A stretch of 64,000 bases of DNA from an uncultured virus (IMG/VR IMGVR_UViG_3300033163_000075). Its lineage: Duplodnaviria > Heunggongvirae > Uroviricota > Caudoviricetes. Both the position numbers and the translations under genes were made by a program. This document shows positions 28,339-37,424 of this stretch, piece after piece. Each line of letters begins with the position of its first letter. The stretch's first letter is position 1. Under the pieces are notes generated by a model, which was not told the origin of the DNA, ran no database searches, and saw nothing but the letters and a program-made list of their open reading frames with translations. The DNA lies in IMG/VR virus record IMGVR_UViG_3300033163_000075; one strand, given 5' to 3'.

Positions 28339-29932
28339 AGCCTATCCCCCTGAAAGCATCTTCAAGCATTATCTGTGACCGCTTTTCTCGTTTCATTACG
28401 TCCTGCATTTCGGACTGAATTCGGGACATCTCAGTCGGATAATCAATGTCCAAATCGTGATCTATAAACTCAATGTATTTGCTTGGAGCAAGAGAATAGT
28501 CTTTTTCCCTTATATCTTCAAGTGTGACCGATCTACAATACTCTGCAACATCAGAATACCTGCTTGTATCTACATCCTGCCAATTACTGTAAAGAGTCTT
28601 AACTGTGGATATCTGTTCATCCGTCAGCACAATTTTCTTTTTCTTTTTCCCCTTATCAATAACGATCTCCTCGATATTTTCATTCCATGTACGGAGATCC
28701 ACAAAAAGAACTTCATTACTGCGATCACGCAGTTGCCTTCCATGCCACTCTCCAGCCTTCTTGTTCATATTGACAATCCAGAGCGTGACAGAAATATCAG
28801 TTGTATAGAACATATCGCGAGGAAGAACGATAATTGCTTCCACCTTGTCATTCTCAATTAATCGCTTACGGTTCTCATACTCATCAGGATCATTTAACGC
28901 TCCATTTGCAAGCAGAAACCCGGCAATACCGTGAGACACGTCTAATTTGGAAATCATGTGAAGTATCCAAGCATAGTTTGCATTTGCCACACGAGGAACA
29001 GTATACCCATGCCAGCGATAATCATCTGTCAGCTCATCTTCAGTTCTCCAGCCTTTAAGATTAAACGGCGGATTGGCCATGACAAAGTCAACCTTCTTAT
29101 CCTTATGAAGATCTTCGGTAAATGTAGAGGCGTTCTTTTCACCAAGGTTATGAGCAATGCCACGAATAGCAAGATTCATCTTGCAAAGACGCCATGTATC
29201 CGGATTGCTTTCCTGACCGATAATAGATACTTTCTTTCTGCTGCCATGATGCCTATCAACAAATTTTAGAGACTGCACGAACATGCCTCCAGAGCCACAA
29301 CAAGGATCATATACTGTTCCGCTATATGGTTCGATCATCTCAGCAATCAGTTTTACAACACAAGCTGGCGTGTAGAACTCACCGTCTTCCTTTGTACCGG
29401 AAGCAGCGTACACCTGAAGGAAATATTCATAAACTCTGCCGATGAGGTCTTCCTCTTGGAAGCGTTTCTCGTCGATTTTATTGACCTCGTCAATCAGGCT
29501 CTTCAGCTTAGATTTATCAGCGCCAAGGTTGGCGTAAAGGTTCTTAGAGACAGCACCTTTTAAAGCAGGGTTACTTTCTTCTATATCAGCCATTGCCTGA
29601 TCGATGATGACTGCTATGTCATCAGAAGATGCGTGCTTCACAATATAAGACCAGCGGGCAGTCTCTTTCAGATAGAATACATTTTCAGCATTGTAAGAAG
29701 ATACCTTGTTCTGCAGAATCTCGACCAGCTTTGGATCATCATCTTTATGCTCTTCCGCAATCTGAGCACGACGCTTTTCAAATTTATCTCCCGCAAATTT
29801 AAGGAACACCAGTCCAATAACCGCATCCCTGTTCTTTTCCGTGCTTCCAACACCACGTAGTGCCACGCGGCAATTCCATAAAACTGTTTCAAGAGAAACC
29901 TGTGTATCTTTAGCTTTTGCTGCTCTTGCCAT
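28325..29932 (-). CDS. hsdM: Type I methyltransferase subunit M
   Basis: GEFYTP, DPCCGSGGM, ANPPFN. Confidence 0.95.
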   Translation of the reverse strand: MARAAKAKDTQVSLETVLWNCRVALRGVGSTEKNRDAVIGLVFLKFAGDKFEKRRAQIAEEHKDDDPKLVEILQNKVSSYNAENVFYLKETARWSYIVKHASSDDIAVIIDQAMADIEESNPALKGAVSKNLYANLGADKSKLKSLIDEVNKIDEKRFQEEDLIGRVYEYFLQVYAASGTKEDGEFYTPACVVKLIAEMIEPYSGTVYDPCCGSGGMFVQSLKFVDRHHGSRKKVSIIGQESNPDTWRLCKMNLAIRGIAHNLGEKNASTFTEDLHKDKKVDFVMANPPFNLKGWRTEDELTDDYRWHGYTVPRVANANYAWILHMISKLDVSHGIAGFLLANGALNDPDEYENRKRLIENDKVEAIIVLPRDMFYTTDISVTLWIVNMNKKAGEWHGRQLRDRSNEVLFVDLRTWNENIEEIVIDKGKKKKKIVLTDEQISTVKTLYSNWQDVDTSRYSDVAEYCRSVTLEDIREKDYSLAPSKYIEFIDHDLDIDYPTEMSRIQSEMQDVMKREKRSQIMLEDAFRGIGYGID

Positions 29933-30018
29933 TATATTTTTCCTCACTTCCAGCCCCATGATGATGAGGCACATATTTATTGTAGTAAACCTACAGTCCC
30001 TTAATCAGGACTTATCGA

Positions 30019-30231
30019 TTATTCTTCTGCTGTTTTCTTTTCATTGTCATCGGATGCGCCGCCAGAACGAATCCAGTCATCTACCTCTGACAATTTAAAT
30101 TTCCACATCCTGCCAACTTTGTATGCTGGCATATCTCTTTTTGAAATCCACTGAAGAATCGTCTCTCGGCCCACTCCCAGATACTCTTGCACGTCTTTGA
30201 GATTTGTCCATTTTTCAATATTCTCTGCCAC
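30019..30231 (-). CDS. Excisionase-like HTH_17 protein
   Basis: LKDVQEYLGVGRETILQWI..MPAYKVGRMWKFK; paralogue of 11612-11824. Confidence 0.85.
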   Translation of the reverse strand: MAENIEKWTNLKDVQEYLGVGRETILQWISKRDMPAYKVGRMWKFKLSEVDDWIRSGGASDDNEKKTAEE

Positions 30232-30234
30232 GTT

Positions 30235-31068
30235 CTACACCTCCGTTGCATCCTTTGGTACAAAATCAACCTTTACCCTAATATCAAACAAGCTTTTATG
30301 ATTTGGAAAACAGTCTCTGCCATCAGCATCATGCATCTCAAAATGACAATCGAATCTGCCTTCCTTGCCGCGTGTCTGTATGACCACGGCAATTTTTTTA
30401 TTTGTTCCGGGCTCCATTTTCGGAATATCTATCTCTGTTTTTTCTGCAAGTGGCCCGGTTTTATATGTCTTTATAAAAATAAGCTTTCGCTGCTCCCAAG
30501 TAACCGTTCCGATATTTCTTAATTCCCACGTATGTCGGAACTCCTCATCTGTTTGTTTTTGGTACTCCTGTTCTCCTCCGAATACTGAAACGCTGTCCCC
30601 TTGATATAACGGTTTGAACTTTTGCAGATCCTCTGCCGGTTTCTCTGTGAGTATCCTTTTGTATTCAGCAGAAACGATATCCTCTACTTCGCTATCTGGA
30701 CTCTCAAAGATGAGCTGATACTGCCTTGCTACAGCTCCAGCCAGTGCTTTCTTATCAGAGTCAAGCACATCTGATATTCCATAGGCATTCATTGCTTCCG
30801 AGACTCTGTTCTCGTCGATATGTTCTTCAAAGAATGCTGAAATCCCATCAACATCCACAGGAGACGGAAACGTCTGCTTGAGTTTATCTGTTAACGGCTT
30901 AGGCTTCTTGCCGCTAATCAATTTTTTCTCGTACTCATGGCTGTTGTACGGAGAGTCAGAAAATTGATTACTTCCTCCCGCGCGAAAAAGTTTAGCGACA
31001 AAGATACCTTGATTCTGTATCCCCTTGCAGTAGGGATATATCTTTGAACCACAAAGTGCAAAATTCAT
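30235..31068 (-). CDS. Repressor-position protein with C-terminal NBR1-type Ig-like domain
   Basis: FRHTWELRNIGTVTW..IPKMEPG..G.FDCHFEM pattern; divergent from the sigma-like gene. Confidence 0.6.
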   Translation of the reverse strand: MNFALCGSKIYPYCKGIQNQGIFVAKLFRAGGSNQFSDSPYNSHEYEKKLISGKKPKPLTDKLKQTFPSPVDVDGISAFFEEHIDENRVSEAMNAYGISDVLDSDKKALAGAVARQYQLIFESPDSEVEDIVSAEYKRILTEKPAEDLQKFKPLYQGDSVSVFGGEQEYQKQTDEEFRHTWELRNIGTVTWEQRKLIFIKTYKTGPLAEKTEIDIPKMEPGTNKKIAVVIQTRGKEGRFDCHFEMHDADGRDCFPNHKSLFDIRVKVDFVPKDATEV

Positions 31069-31090
31069 CTAATATCCTCTGCTTTCAAAA

Positions 31091-31139
31091 AGTCCCTTCA
31101 GTAGTCCCATTAGTCCCTTCACAACCTGATGTAAGTCCC
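31091..31139. promoter_or_regulatory. AGTCCC x4 putative operator repeats
   Basis: Copies at 31091, 31103, 31112 and 31134, just upstream of the 31068 start. Confidence 0.55.
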
Positions 31140-31487
31140 ATCCACAAAAAGTATTCTATGAACAGATAGATGAGAGACGGCGAAACCGACAAAGAGCGAT
31201 ATTACTTTATATATTATACACAATAAACAGGCAAATGTCAATACTAAACCAGCTCTAACTCACACAAACTCACTCAAACCGACACTTATCTATCCCCGTT
31301 ATTAACACTGGTTCCCTGATCAAGAGCCGTTCGCAGTGGGAATAACGGATACAACCAAATAACAAAACCAGCGGCGCGAACTTGCTGGCCAATCGAAACG
31401 GAGCTTGTAGCTCTATTCCGGTAGGCCTTTTGCGCCTTTTTCAGGACATGTGCTGGCTCCGTTTCAGAAAAACAACGGAGGCAAAAC

Positions 31488-31994
31488 ATGTCAAAAGAAG
31501 AAAAAACTTATTTCATTTACATTCGAAGCACCGGCGAGAAGGTGCCGGTCACCAAGGAACAGCACGACTCCTTCTATAAGGAAGCCGACCGTATTCGTCA
31601 CAAGGAGCAGGATCATGGCAGGTGCATGTGTCCTTACCGCTTTATCTGGAAATGCGACGGTGATTGTATCGGCTGCGAATACCATGCAGCAGGCGACATT
31701 ACTTCTCTGGATCAGCCTCTCCCCGATGGCAACGGCACGCTTGGCGACTATATTCCAGACCGCAGTAAACCGATGGAGGAAGTCATCGCCGACCGGATGC
31801 TTCTGGAGCAGCTCTTTGCCAGACTGCGTGAGCTCGACCCGGAAGCTGATACCATCATTCAGCTTTGGAAGGATCACCCTGAGGGCATCTCCGACCGCGC
31901 CATTGCAAGAGAGCTCGGTCGCCCACAGAAAACCTTCGCGGATCAGATGAAGAAGTACCGCACCGACCTGCGTAGAATTACCGGCGACAAGTAA
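31488..31994 (+). CDS. Sigma-70 region 4-like activator
   Basis: As 13711-14214. Confidence 0.75.
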   Translation: MSKEEKTYFIYIRSTGEKVPVTKEQHDSFYKEADRIRHKEQDHGRCMCPYRFIWKCDGDCIGCEYHAAGDITSLDQPLPDGNGTLGDYIPDRSKPMEEVIADRMLLEQLFARLRELDPEADTIIQLWKDHPEGISDRAIARELGRPQKTFADQMKKYRTDLRRITGDK

Positions 31995-32072
31995 AATAAG
32001 CATCACGAATCACACTCTTTCCGGCCATTGTCCCGCCTTGGGATAGTGGTCGGAAATTTTTTATTAAATCAT

Positions 32073-32104
32073 CCGCTCAAATCAGCAGTTCATCTCCAGT
32101 GGAA
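32073..32104 (+). promoter_or_regulatory. 32-bp promoter-like motif, copy 2
   Basis: CCGCTCAAATCAGCAGTTCATCTCCAGTGGAA. Confidence 0.65.
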
Positions 32105-32146
32105 GGTGAAGGCAAGAGAACACAGCCTTCAGAAAGTGAGGTGAAC

Positions 32147-32356
32147 ATGATGTACCGCAGTTACGCAGACACCGGCGGCAACGTGAATGAGGAAATCAAG
32201 CTACTGAATTCCATCAGTCACGTATCCGCCAGACTGGCAAGGAACCTCTCACTCCTTGCCGCACGCCAATCCGAGGAAGGAGGAAAAGAAAATGTCAAAG
32301 ATGGCAGAAATGGCACAAACCATCGAAGAGCTCCGCACCGCTGCTGCTTCTATTAA
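32147..32356 (+). CDS. Small early hypothetical protein
   Basis: GAGGTG RBS; homologue at 14372-14578. Confidence 0.5.
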   Translation: MMYRSYADTGGNVNEEIKLLNSISHVSARLARNLSLLAARQSEEGGKENVKDGRNGTNHRRAPHRCCFY

Positions 32357-32624
32357 TGCCGCAGCCGACTGGCTCTACCAGCAGTTTTCCGGTGACGGCG
32401 ATTCAACGCAAGAGCCCGCGAAGGTACCCCTTAAGAATGAACCGAAGCGTGAGCTCAAGTTGGAAGATGTAAGAGCCGTCCTTGCTGAGAAGTCCCGCGC
32501 CGGTCACACCGCAGAGGTACGCGCCCTGCTTAAAAAGTACGGTGCTGCAAAGCTCTCGGAAATCGATCCGGCCAACTATGAAGCCCTGCTTCAGGACGCG
32601 GAGGTGATCAGCAATGGCAACTAA
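32292..32624 (+). CDS. Phage early protein (hypothetical)
   Basis: GGAGG RBS; LEDVRAVLAEKSRAG..LLKKYGA.KLSEIDP motif usual upstream of DUF2800. Confidence 0.75.
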   Translation: MSKMAEMAQTIEELRTAAASINAAADWLYQQFSGDGDSTQEPAKVPLKNEPKRELKLEDVRAVLAEKSRAGHTAEVRALLKKYGAAKLSEIDPANYEALLQDAEVISNGN

Positions 32625-33753
32625 AGCACACGCGATCCTCTCTGCGTCCTCATCCGACAGGTGGCTGCACTGCCCGCCGTCAGCGAGGCTCTGCGAAACC
32701 TATGAGGACAAAGGATCAGACTACGCTGCAGAAGGTACTGACGCTCATTCACTTGGCGAGCACAAGCTGAAATCCGCGCTGGGACTTTCCTCAGAAGATC
32801 CGACCAACAGCCTCAAGTGGTATTCCGAAGAGATGGATGACTGTACCTCCGGCTATGCCGAATATGTGCTGGAGCAGGTCGAAGCCACCAAGAAATCCTG
32901 CGCCGATCCGGTAGTTCTTATCGAACAGCGTGTAGACTTCTCCCGCTGGGTAGAACAGGGCTTCGGAACCGCCGACTGCATCATCATAGCGGACGGCACT
33001 CTCCGGGTGATCGACTACAAGCACGGCTTAGGTGTCTTGGTCTCAGCAGAGGAGAATCCGCAGATGCAGTGTTACGCCCTCGGAGCTCTGGAGCTTTTCG
33101 ATGATATTTACGACATCGATCAGGTTTCCATGACCATTTATCAACCGAGACGTCAGAACGTCAGCACCTACGAGATCAGCAAGGACGACCTGTACCACTG
33201 GGCAGATGAAGTCTTAAAGCCTACCGCAGAACTGGCCTTTGCCGGTGGCGGGAACTTCCTCTGCGGTGAATGGTGCGGCTTCTGTAAGGCCAAGAATGAG
33301 TGCCGAGCCAGAGCCGAGGCAAACCTTAAGCTCGCACAGCACGATTTCAAGCTCCCGCCACTGCTTACGGATACCGAGATTGAAGTCATTCTCAGCAAGG
33401 TAGATGAGCTGGTCAGCTGGGCTTCCGATATCAAGGAATACGCCCTGCAGCAGGCTCTCTTCGGTAAGGAATGGACAGGCTTCAAGCTCGTTGAAGGACG
33501 CAGCAACCGAAGATACAGCAACGAAGCCGCTGTCATTGACGCGGTCGAGAAAGCAGGCTTTGACCCGTATGAGAAAAAGCTGCTCGGCATTACCGCCATG
33601 CAGAAGCTCCTCGGCAAGTCTCGCTTTGATGAACTCCTGACGGCCTATATCGAAAAGCCGCAGGGCAAACCCACACTTGTGCCGGATAGCGACAAGCGCC
33701 CGGCCATGAACACAGCAAAAAATGATTTTATGGAGGAAAACGACAATGAATAA
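32614..33753 (+). CDS. DUF2800 Cas4-like PD-(D/E)xK exonuclease
   Basis: HAILSASS..RW..CPPS, GTAD, IDYK, WCGFCKA..C. Confidence 0.85.
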   Translation: MATKAHAILSASSSDRWLHCPPSARLCETYEDKGSDYAAEGTDAHSLGEHKLKSALGLSSEDPTNSLKWYSEEMDDCTSGYAEYVLEQVEATKKSCADPVVLIEQRVDFSRWVEQGFGTADCIIIADGTLRVIDYKHGLGVLVSAEENPQMQCYALGALELFDDIYDIDQVSMTIYQPRRQNVSTYEISKDDLYHWADEVLKPTAELAFAGGGNFLCGEWCGFCKAKNECRARAEANLKLAQHDFKLPPLLTDTEIEVILSKVDELVSWASDIKEYALQQALFGKEWTGFKLVEGRSNRRYSNEAAVIDAVEKAGFDPYEKKLLGITAMQKLLGKSRFDELLTAYIEKPQGKPTLVPDSDKRPAMNTAKNDFMEENDNE

Positions 33754-34318
33754 GAATGTAAAAATCAGCAATCCCATGAAGGTTATCACCGGTGTTGACA
33801 CCCGCTGGAGCTACGCAAACGTCTGGGAGCCGAAGTCCATCAACGGCGGCACTCCCAAGTACAGCGTGAGCCTCATCATTCCAAAGTCCGACACCAAGAC
33901 CATCGCCAAGATTCAGGCCGCTATCGAGGCCGCCTACAAGGAGGGCGAGGCCAAGCTCAAGGGCAACGGTAAGTCCGTACCGGCGCTCTCTGTCCTTAAA
34001 ACACCTTTGCGCGACGGCGATGAAGAGCGTCCGGATGACGAGGCATACAAGAATGCCTACTTCGTCAACGCCAATGCAACCTCTGCTCCCGGCATCGTGG
34101 ACGCAGACCTGAATCCGATTCTCACCCGCTCCGAGGTGTACAGCGGCGTGTACGGCAGAGCCAGCATCACGTTTTATGCTTTCAACTCTTCCGGCAACAA
34201 GGGAATCGCCTGCGGTCTCAACAATCTGCAGAAGATCCGCGACGGTGAGCCTCTGGGCGGCAAGGCAAGCGCTGAGTCCGACTTTGCAACTGACGACGAT
34301 GAAGATTTTCTGAACTAA
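33746..34318 (+). CDS. DUF2815 phage ssDNA-binding protein
   Basis: RWSYANVWEP, PLRDGD, YSGVY, acidic DDDEDFLN tail. Confidence 0.85.
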   Translation: MNKNVKISNPMKVITGVDTRWSYANVWEPKSINGGTPKYSVSLIIPKSDTKTIAKIQAAIEAAYKEGEAKLKGNGKSVPALSVLKTPLRDGDEERPDDEAYKNAYFVNANATSAPGIVDADLNPILTRSEVYSGVYGRASITFYAFNSSGNKGIACGLNNLQKIRDGEPLGGKASAESDFATDDDEDFLN

Positions 34319-34336
34319 GGAAAGGAGCGCAAAATA

Positions 34337-34528
34337 ATGGAAAACACTGTTATGATTTCATCCCTTCTCTGCAACATCTTAATCGGGTGCTTCTGCATCG
34401 TAGTCCTGTCTTGGGCAGTGGTTGCTATCCAGACGGTGATCAATGACTTCAAGCGTGAGAAACGCGAGGAGAAAAAAGCCGCACAGGACGACGAATACCA
34501 TATCAAGCGTATGGAAGCCCTGAAATAA
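34337..34528 (+). CDS. Small membrane protein
   Basis: AAGGAG RBS and a single hydrophobic helix. Confidence 0.6.
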   Translation: MENTVMISSLLCNILIGCFCIVVLSWAVVAIQTVINDFKREKREEKKAAQDDEYHIKRMEALK

Positions 34529-34538
34529 TCCAGTAACG

Positions 34539-34574
34539 GCAGGCGGCTTAGGAGTGATCTTAAGCCGCTTGTTT
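34539..34574 (+). terminator. Hairpin / probable terminator
   Basis: GCAGGCGGCTTAG..TTAAGCCGCTTGT followed by T's. Confidence 0.55.
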
Positions 34575-34592
34575 GAATTGATGTGAAAATCT

Positions 34593-36581
34593 ATGCAAAC
34601 ACTCAGTATTGATATTGAAACTTACAGCAGCGTGAATCTATCCAAGTGCGGCGTTTATAAATATGCCGAGTCACCGGATTTTGAAATACTGCTGTTCGGC
34701 TACAGCGTCAACGGCTCCGATGTGACGGTCATCGACCTTGCACAGGGAGAACATTTGCCGCATGAAATTATAGAAGCCCTGACTGATGATGCAGTCATCA
34801 AATGGGCTTTCAATGCAAATTTTGAACGGGTGTGCTTATCCCGGTATCTCCGTGATCTTGGAGTGAGCCTTGACCCCTTCCATGATCACCATCCGCTCTC
34901 GACCGAATGCGCACGGTTTTTAAATCCGGAAAGCTGGCGCTGCTCTATGATCTGGGCGGCCACAATGGGACTGCCGCTTTCTCTGGAAGGCGTCGGTGCA
35001 GTCCTCGGTCTTGAAAAACAAAAGCTCACCGAAGGTAAAGACCTGATCAAATACTTCTCTGTACCCTGCGCTCCAACAAAGGCTAATGGCGGTCGCACAA
35101 GGAACCACCCTTTTCATGCGCCGGACAAGTGGGAGGCCTTCAAGAAATATAATATCCGTGATGTGGAAACCGAGATCGGCATAAAGGGACGTCTTGCTAA
35201 ATTCCCAGTGCCGGAGGAGGTCTGGAATGAATACCACATCGATCAGGAAATCAACGACAGAGGCGTCCGGCTCGACATGGTTCTGGTGAAGGAAGCTATC
35301 GAAATGGACTCGCGCTCCCGGTCAGAGCTGACTGCTGCTATGAAAGATATGACAGCACTTGACAATCCAAATTCCGTCCAGCAAATGAAACAGTGGCTCA
35401 AAGGTAACGGTCTCGAAACTGACAGCCTTGGAAAAAAGGTTGTGGCAGAGCTTATTAAAACCGCTCCACCCCTACTTCAGACCGTTCTGGAGCTCAGGCA
35501 GCAGCTTGCCAAATCCTCCGTCAAGAAATATCAGACGATGGAGCGTGCTGTCTGTGATGATGGCAGAGCTCGCGGCATGTTCGCTTTTTACGGAGCCAAC
35601 CGTACCGGGCGATGGGCAGGCAGGCTTATACAATTACAAAACCTCCCGCAAAATCATCTCCCGGATCTGGCTGACGCACGCGCTCTTGTAAAATTCGGAG
35701 ATTTTGATGCCGTGAAGCTCTTATATGAGGATGTCCCGGACACCCTCTCCCAGCTGATCCGGACAGCATTCATCCCGAAGGATGGTACGCAGTTTTATGT
35801 TTCCGACTTCAGCGCCATCGAAGCAAGAGTCATCGCGTGGTATGCCGATGAAACATGGCGTCAAAAAGTCTTTGAAACAGGAGGCGATATCTACTGCGCC
35901 AGCGCCAGTCAGATGTTCCATGTTCCGGTCGAGAAGCATGGCATTAACGGCCACCTGCGCCAAAAAGGCAAAATTGCGGAACTCGCACTCGGCTACGGCG
36001 GCTCGGTCGGAGCATTAAAGGCAATGGGAGCCATCGAGATGGGCTTAACCGAAGATGAGCTTCCTCCGCTGGTAGATGCATGGCGGCAGACAAATCCTAA
36101 CATCGTAAAATTCTGGTGGGATGTCGACCGCGCTGTCATGGAGGCTGTGAAGTATAAACACACAACCAGCAGCTACGGGCTTACTTTCTCCTGCCGCTCC
36201 GGGATGCTCTTTATTACGCTGCCCTCCGGACGGAACCTCGCCTATGTGAAGCCAAAGGTCGGTACGAATAAATTCGGAGGTGAGTGTATTACCTATGAGG
36301 GCATCGGCAGCACGAAAAAATGGGAACGGCTCGATTCATACGGGCCGAAATTCGTGGAAAATATCGTGCAGGCAACCTCCCGCGATATTCTCTGCTATGC
36401 CATGAAGACGCTTCGCTGCTGCTCCATCGTCATGCATATCCACGACGAACTGGTCATCGAAGCAGACCCTCGCATGTCTCTTGACGTTCTCTGTGAACAG
36501 ATGGGCAGGACTCCGCCGTGGGCAAAAGGCCTGAAGCTCCGCGCCGACGGCTACATCACACCTTTCTACAAAAAAGATTAA
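34593..36581 (+). CDS. Phage DNA polymerase family A with 3'-5' exonuclease
   Basis: DIET, TGRW, QNLP, DFSAIEAR, RQKGKIAELALGYG, HDE. Confidence 0.95.
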   Translation: MQTLSIDIETYSSVNLSKCGVYKYAESPDFEILLFGYSVNGSDVTVIDLAQGEHLPHEIIEALTDDAVIKWAFNANFERVCLSRYLRDLGVSLDPFHDHHPLSTECARFLNPESWRCSMIWAATMGLPLSLEGVGAVLGLEKQKLTEGKDLIKYFSVPCAPTKANGGRTRNHPFHAPDKWEAFKKYNIRDVETEIGIKGRLAKFPVPEEVWNEYHIDQEINDRGVRLDMVLVKEAIEMDSRSRSELTAAMKDMTALDNPNSVQQMKQWLKGNGLETDSLGKKVVAELIKTAPPLLQTVLELRQQLAKSSVKKYQTMERAVCDDGRARGMFAFYGANRTGRWAGRLIQLQNLPQNHLPDLADARALVKFGDFDAVKLLYEDVPDTLSQLIRTAFIPKDGTQFYVSDFSAIEARVIAWYADETWRQKVFETGGDIYCASASQMFHVPVEKHGINGHLRQKGKIAELALGYGGSVGALKAMGAIEMGLTEDELPPLVDAWRQTNPNIVKFWWDVDRAVMEAVKYKHTTSSYGLTFSCRSGMLFITLPSGRNLAYVKPKVGTNKFGGECITYEGIGSTKKWERLDSYGPKFVENIVQATSRDILCYAMKTLRCCSIVMHIHDELVIEADPRMSLDVLCEQMGRTPPWAKGLKLRADGYITPFYKKD

Positions 36582-36588
36582 AAATCGT

Positions 36589-36620
36589 CCGCTCAAATCA
36601 GGCGTTCATCTCCAGTGGAA
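36589..36620 (+). promoter_or_regulatory. 32-bp promoter-like motif, copy 3
   Basis: CCGCTCAAATCAGGCGTTCATCTCCAGTGGAA upstream of the primase operon. Confidence 0.65.
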
Positions 36621-36667
36621 ATTGGAGGTGGACGCCTTTAAGTCTGCCCGGAAAGGAGGACTTTTGA

Positions 36668-37090
36668 GTGAGCAACGATTATCGCAACAGCGAAGGCTAT
36701 CCTGACCCAACTGCAGGCGAAGCGCTCTCCCGGATTGCTGCAAATGAAAAGCAGTCCCTTCGTGCTTTCAGGCCTATCGTCTACATCTGCTCTCCGTTTT
36801 CCGGAGATGTGGAGACAAACGTGGCCAATGCCAGACGCTACAGCCGCTTTGCCGTGGACAAAGGATATATCCCTATCACACCGCATCTGCTGTTTCCGCA
36901 GTTCCTTGATGATGATAATCCGGATGAACGCGAGCTGGGATTGTTTTTCGGAAACGCCCTCATGAGCAAGTGCGCCGAGGTCTGGGTATTCGGCAGCCGT
37001 ATCTCATCCGGTATGGAAGCAGAAATCAAACGCGCCAAGTGGAAAGGTTATCACTTGCGCTATTTCACAGAAGAATGTCAGGAGGTTTAA
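36668..37090 (+). CDS. Nucleoside deoxyribosyltransferase-like (DUF4406-like) protein
   Basis: VYICSPF.G..N, PHL, C.EVWVFG..IS.GM..EI. Confidence 0.7.
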   Translation: MSNDYRNSEGYPDPTAGEALSRIAANEKQSLRAFRPIVYICSPFSGDVETNVANARRYSRFAVDKGYIPITPHLLFPQFLDDDNPDERELGLFFGNALMSKCAEVWVFGSRISSGMEAEIKRAKWKGYHLRYFTEECQEV

Positions 37091-37094
37091 CGCT

Positions 37095-37424
37095 ATGTAT
37101 GAAATTAAAGAAAATCGCAGAGAGCTTTTCGATGGCACTGAGATCACAACCTACACCCGCGATGTGGTAAGCGCCAATATCCTGCAGGTCGAAGCCGGGA
37201 CGACAGGCTATAAGGGCGGCGACACCGGACACGGCGGACGTACCTATTTCCGCATTTCCGATGAAGCCAGCACTGATATCCATGTCACGCCTTTTATGGA
37301 CAGATTCGGATGTAACGGCTTTGAGGTCACCCTTGGCGGCGACTGCGAGCTGGAAACCATGATCCGTGCCCTGAAATTTATTACGAAGGTGCTGGAGGAA
37401 GAATCTGAGGAGGTGTACGACTGA
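37095..37424 (+). CDS. Hypothetical phage protein
   Basis: AGGAGG RBS; coupled to the primase. Confidence 0.7.
   Translation: MYEIKENRRELFDGTEITTYTRDVVSANILQVEAGTTGYKGGDTGHGGRTYFRISDEASTDIHVTPFMDRFGCNGFEVTLGGDCELETMIRALKFITKVLEEESEEVYD

Noticed and set aside
32614..33753. Cas4-like gene as evidence of CRISPR-Cas
   Set aside because: Standard phage DUF2800 in the SSB/PolA module; no repeat-spacer array or other cas genes seen
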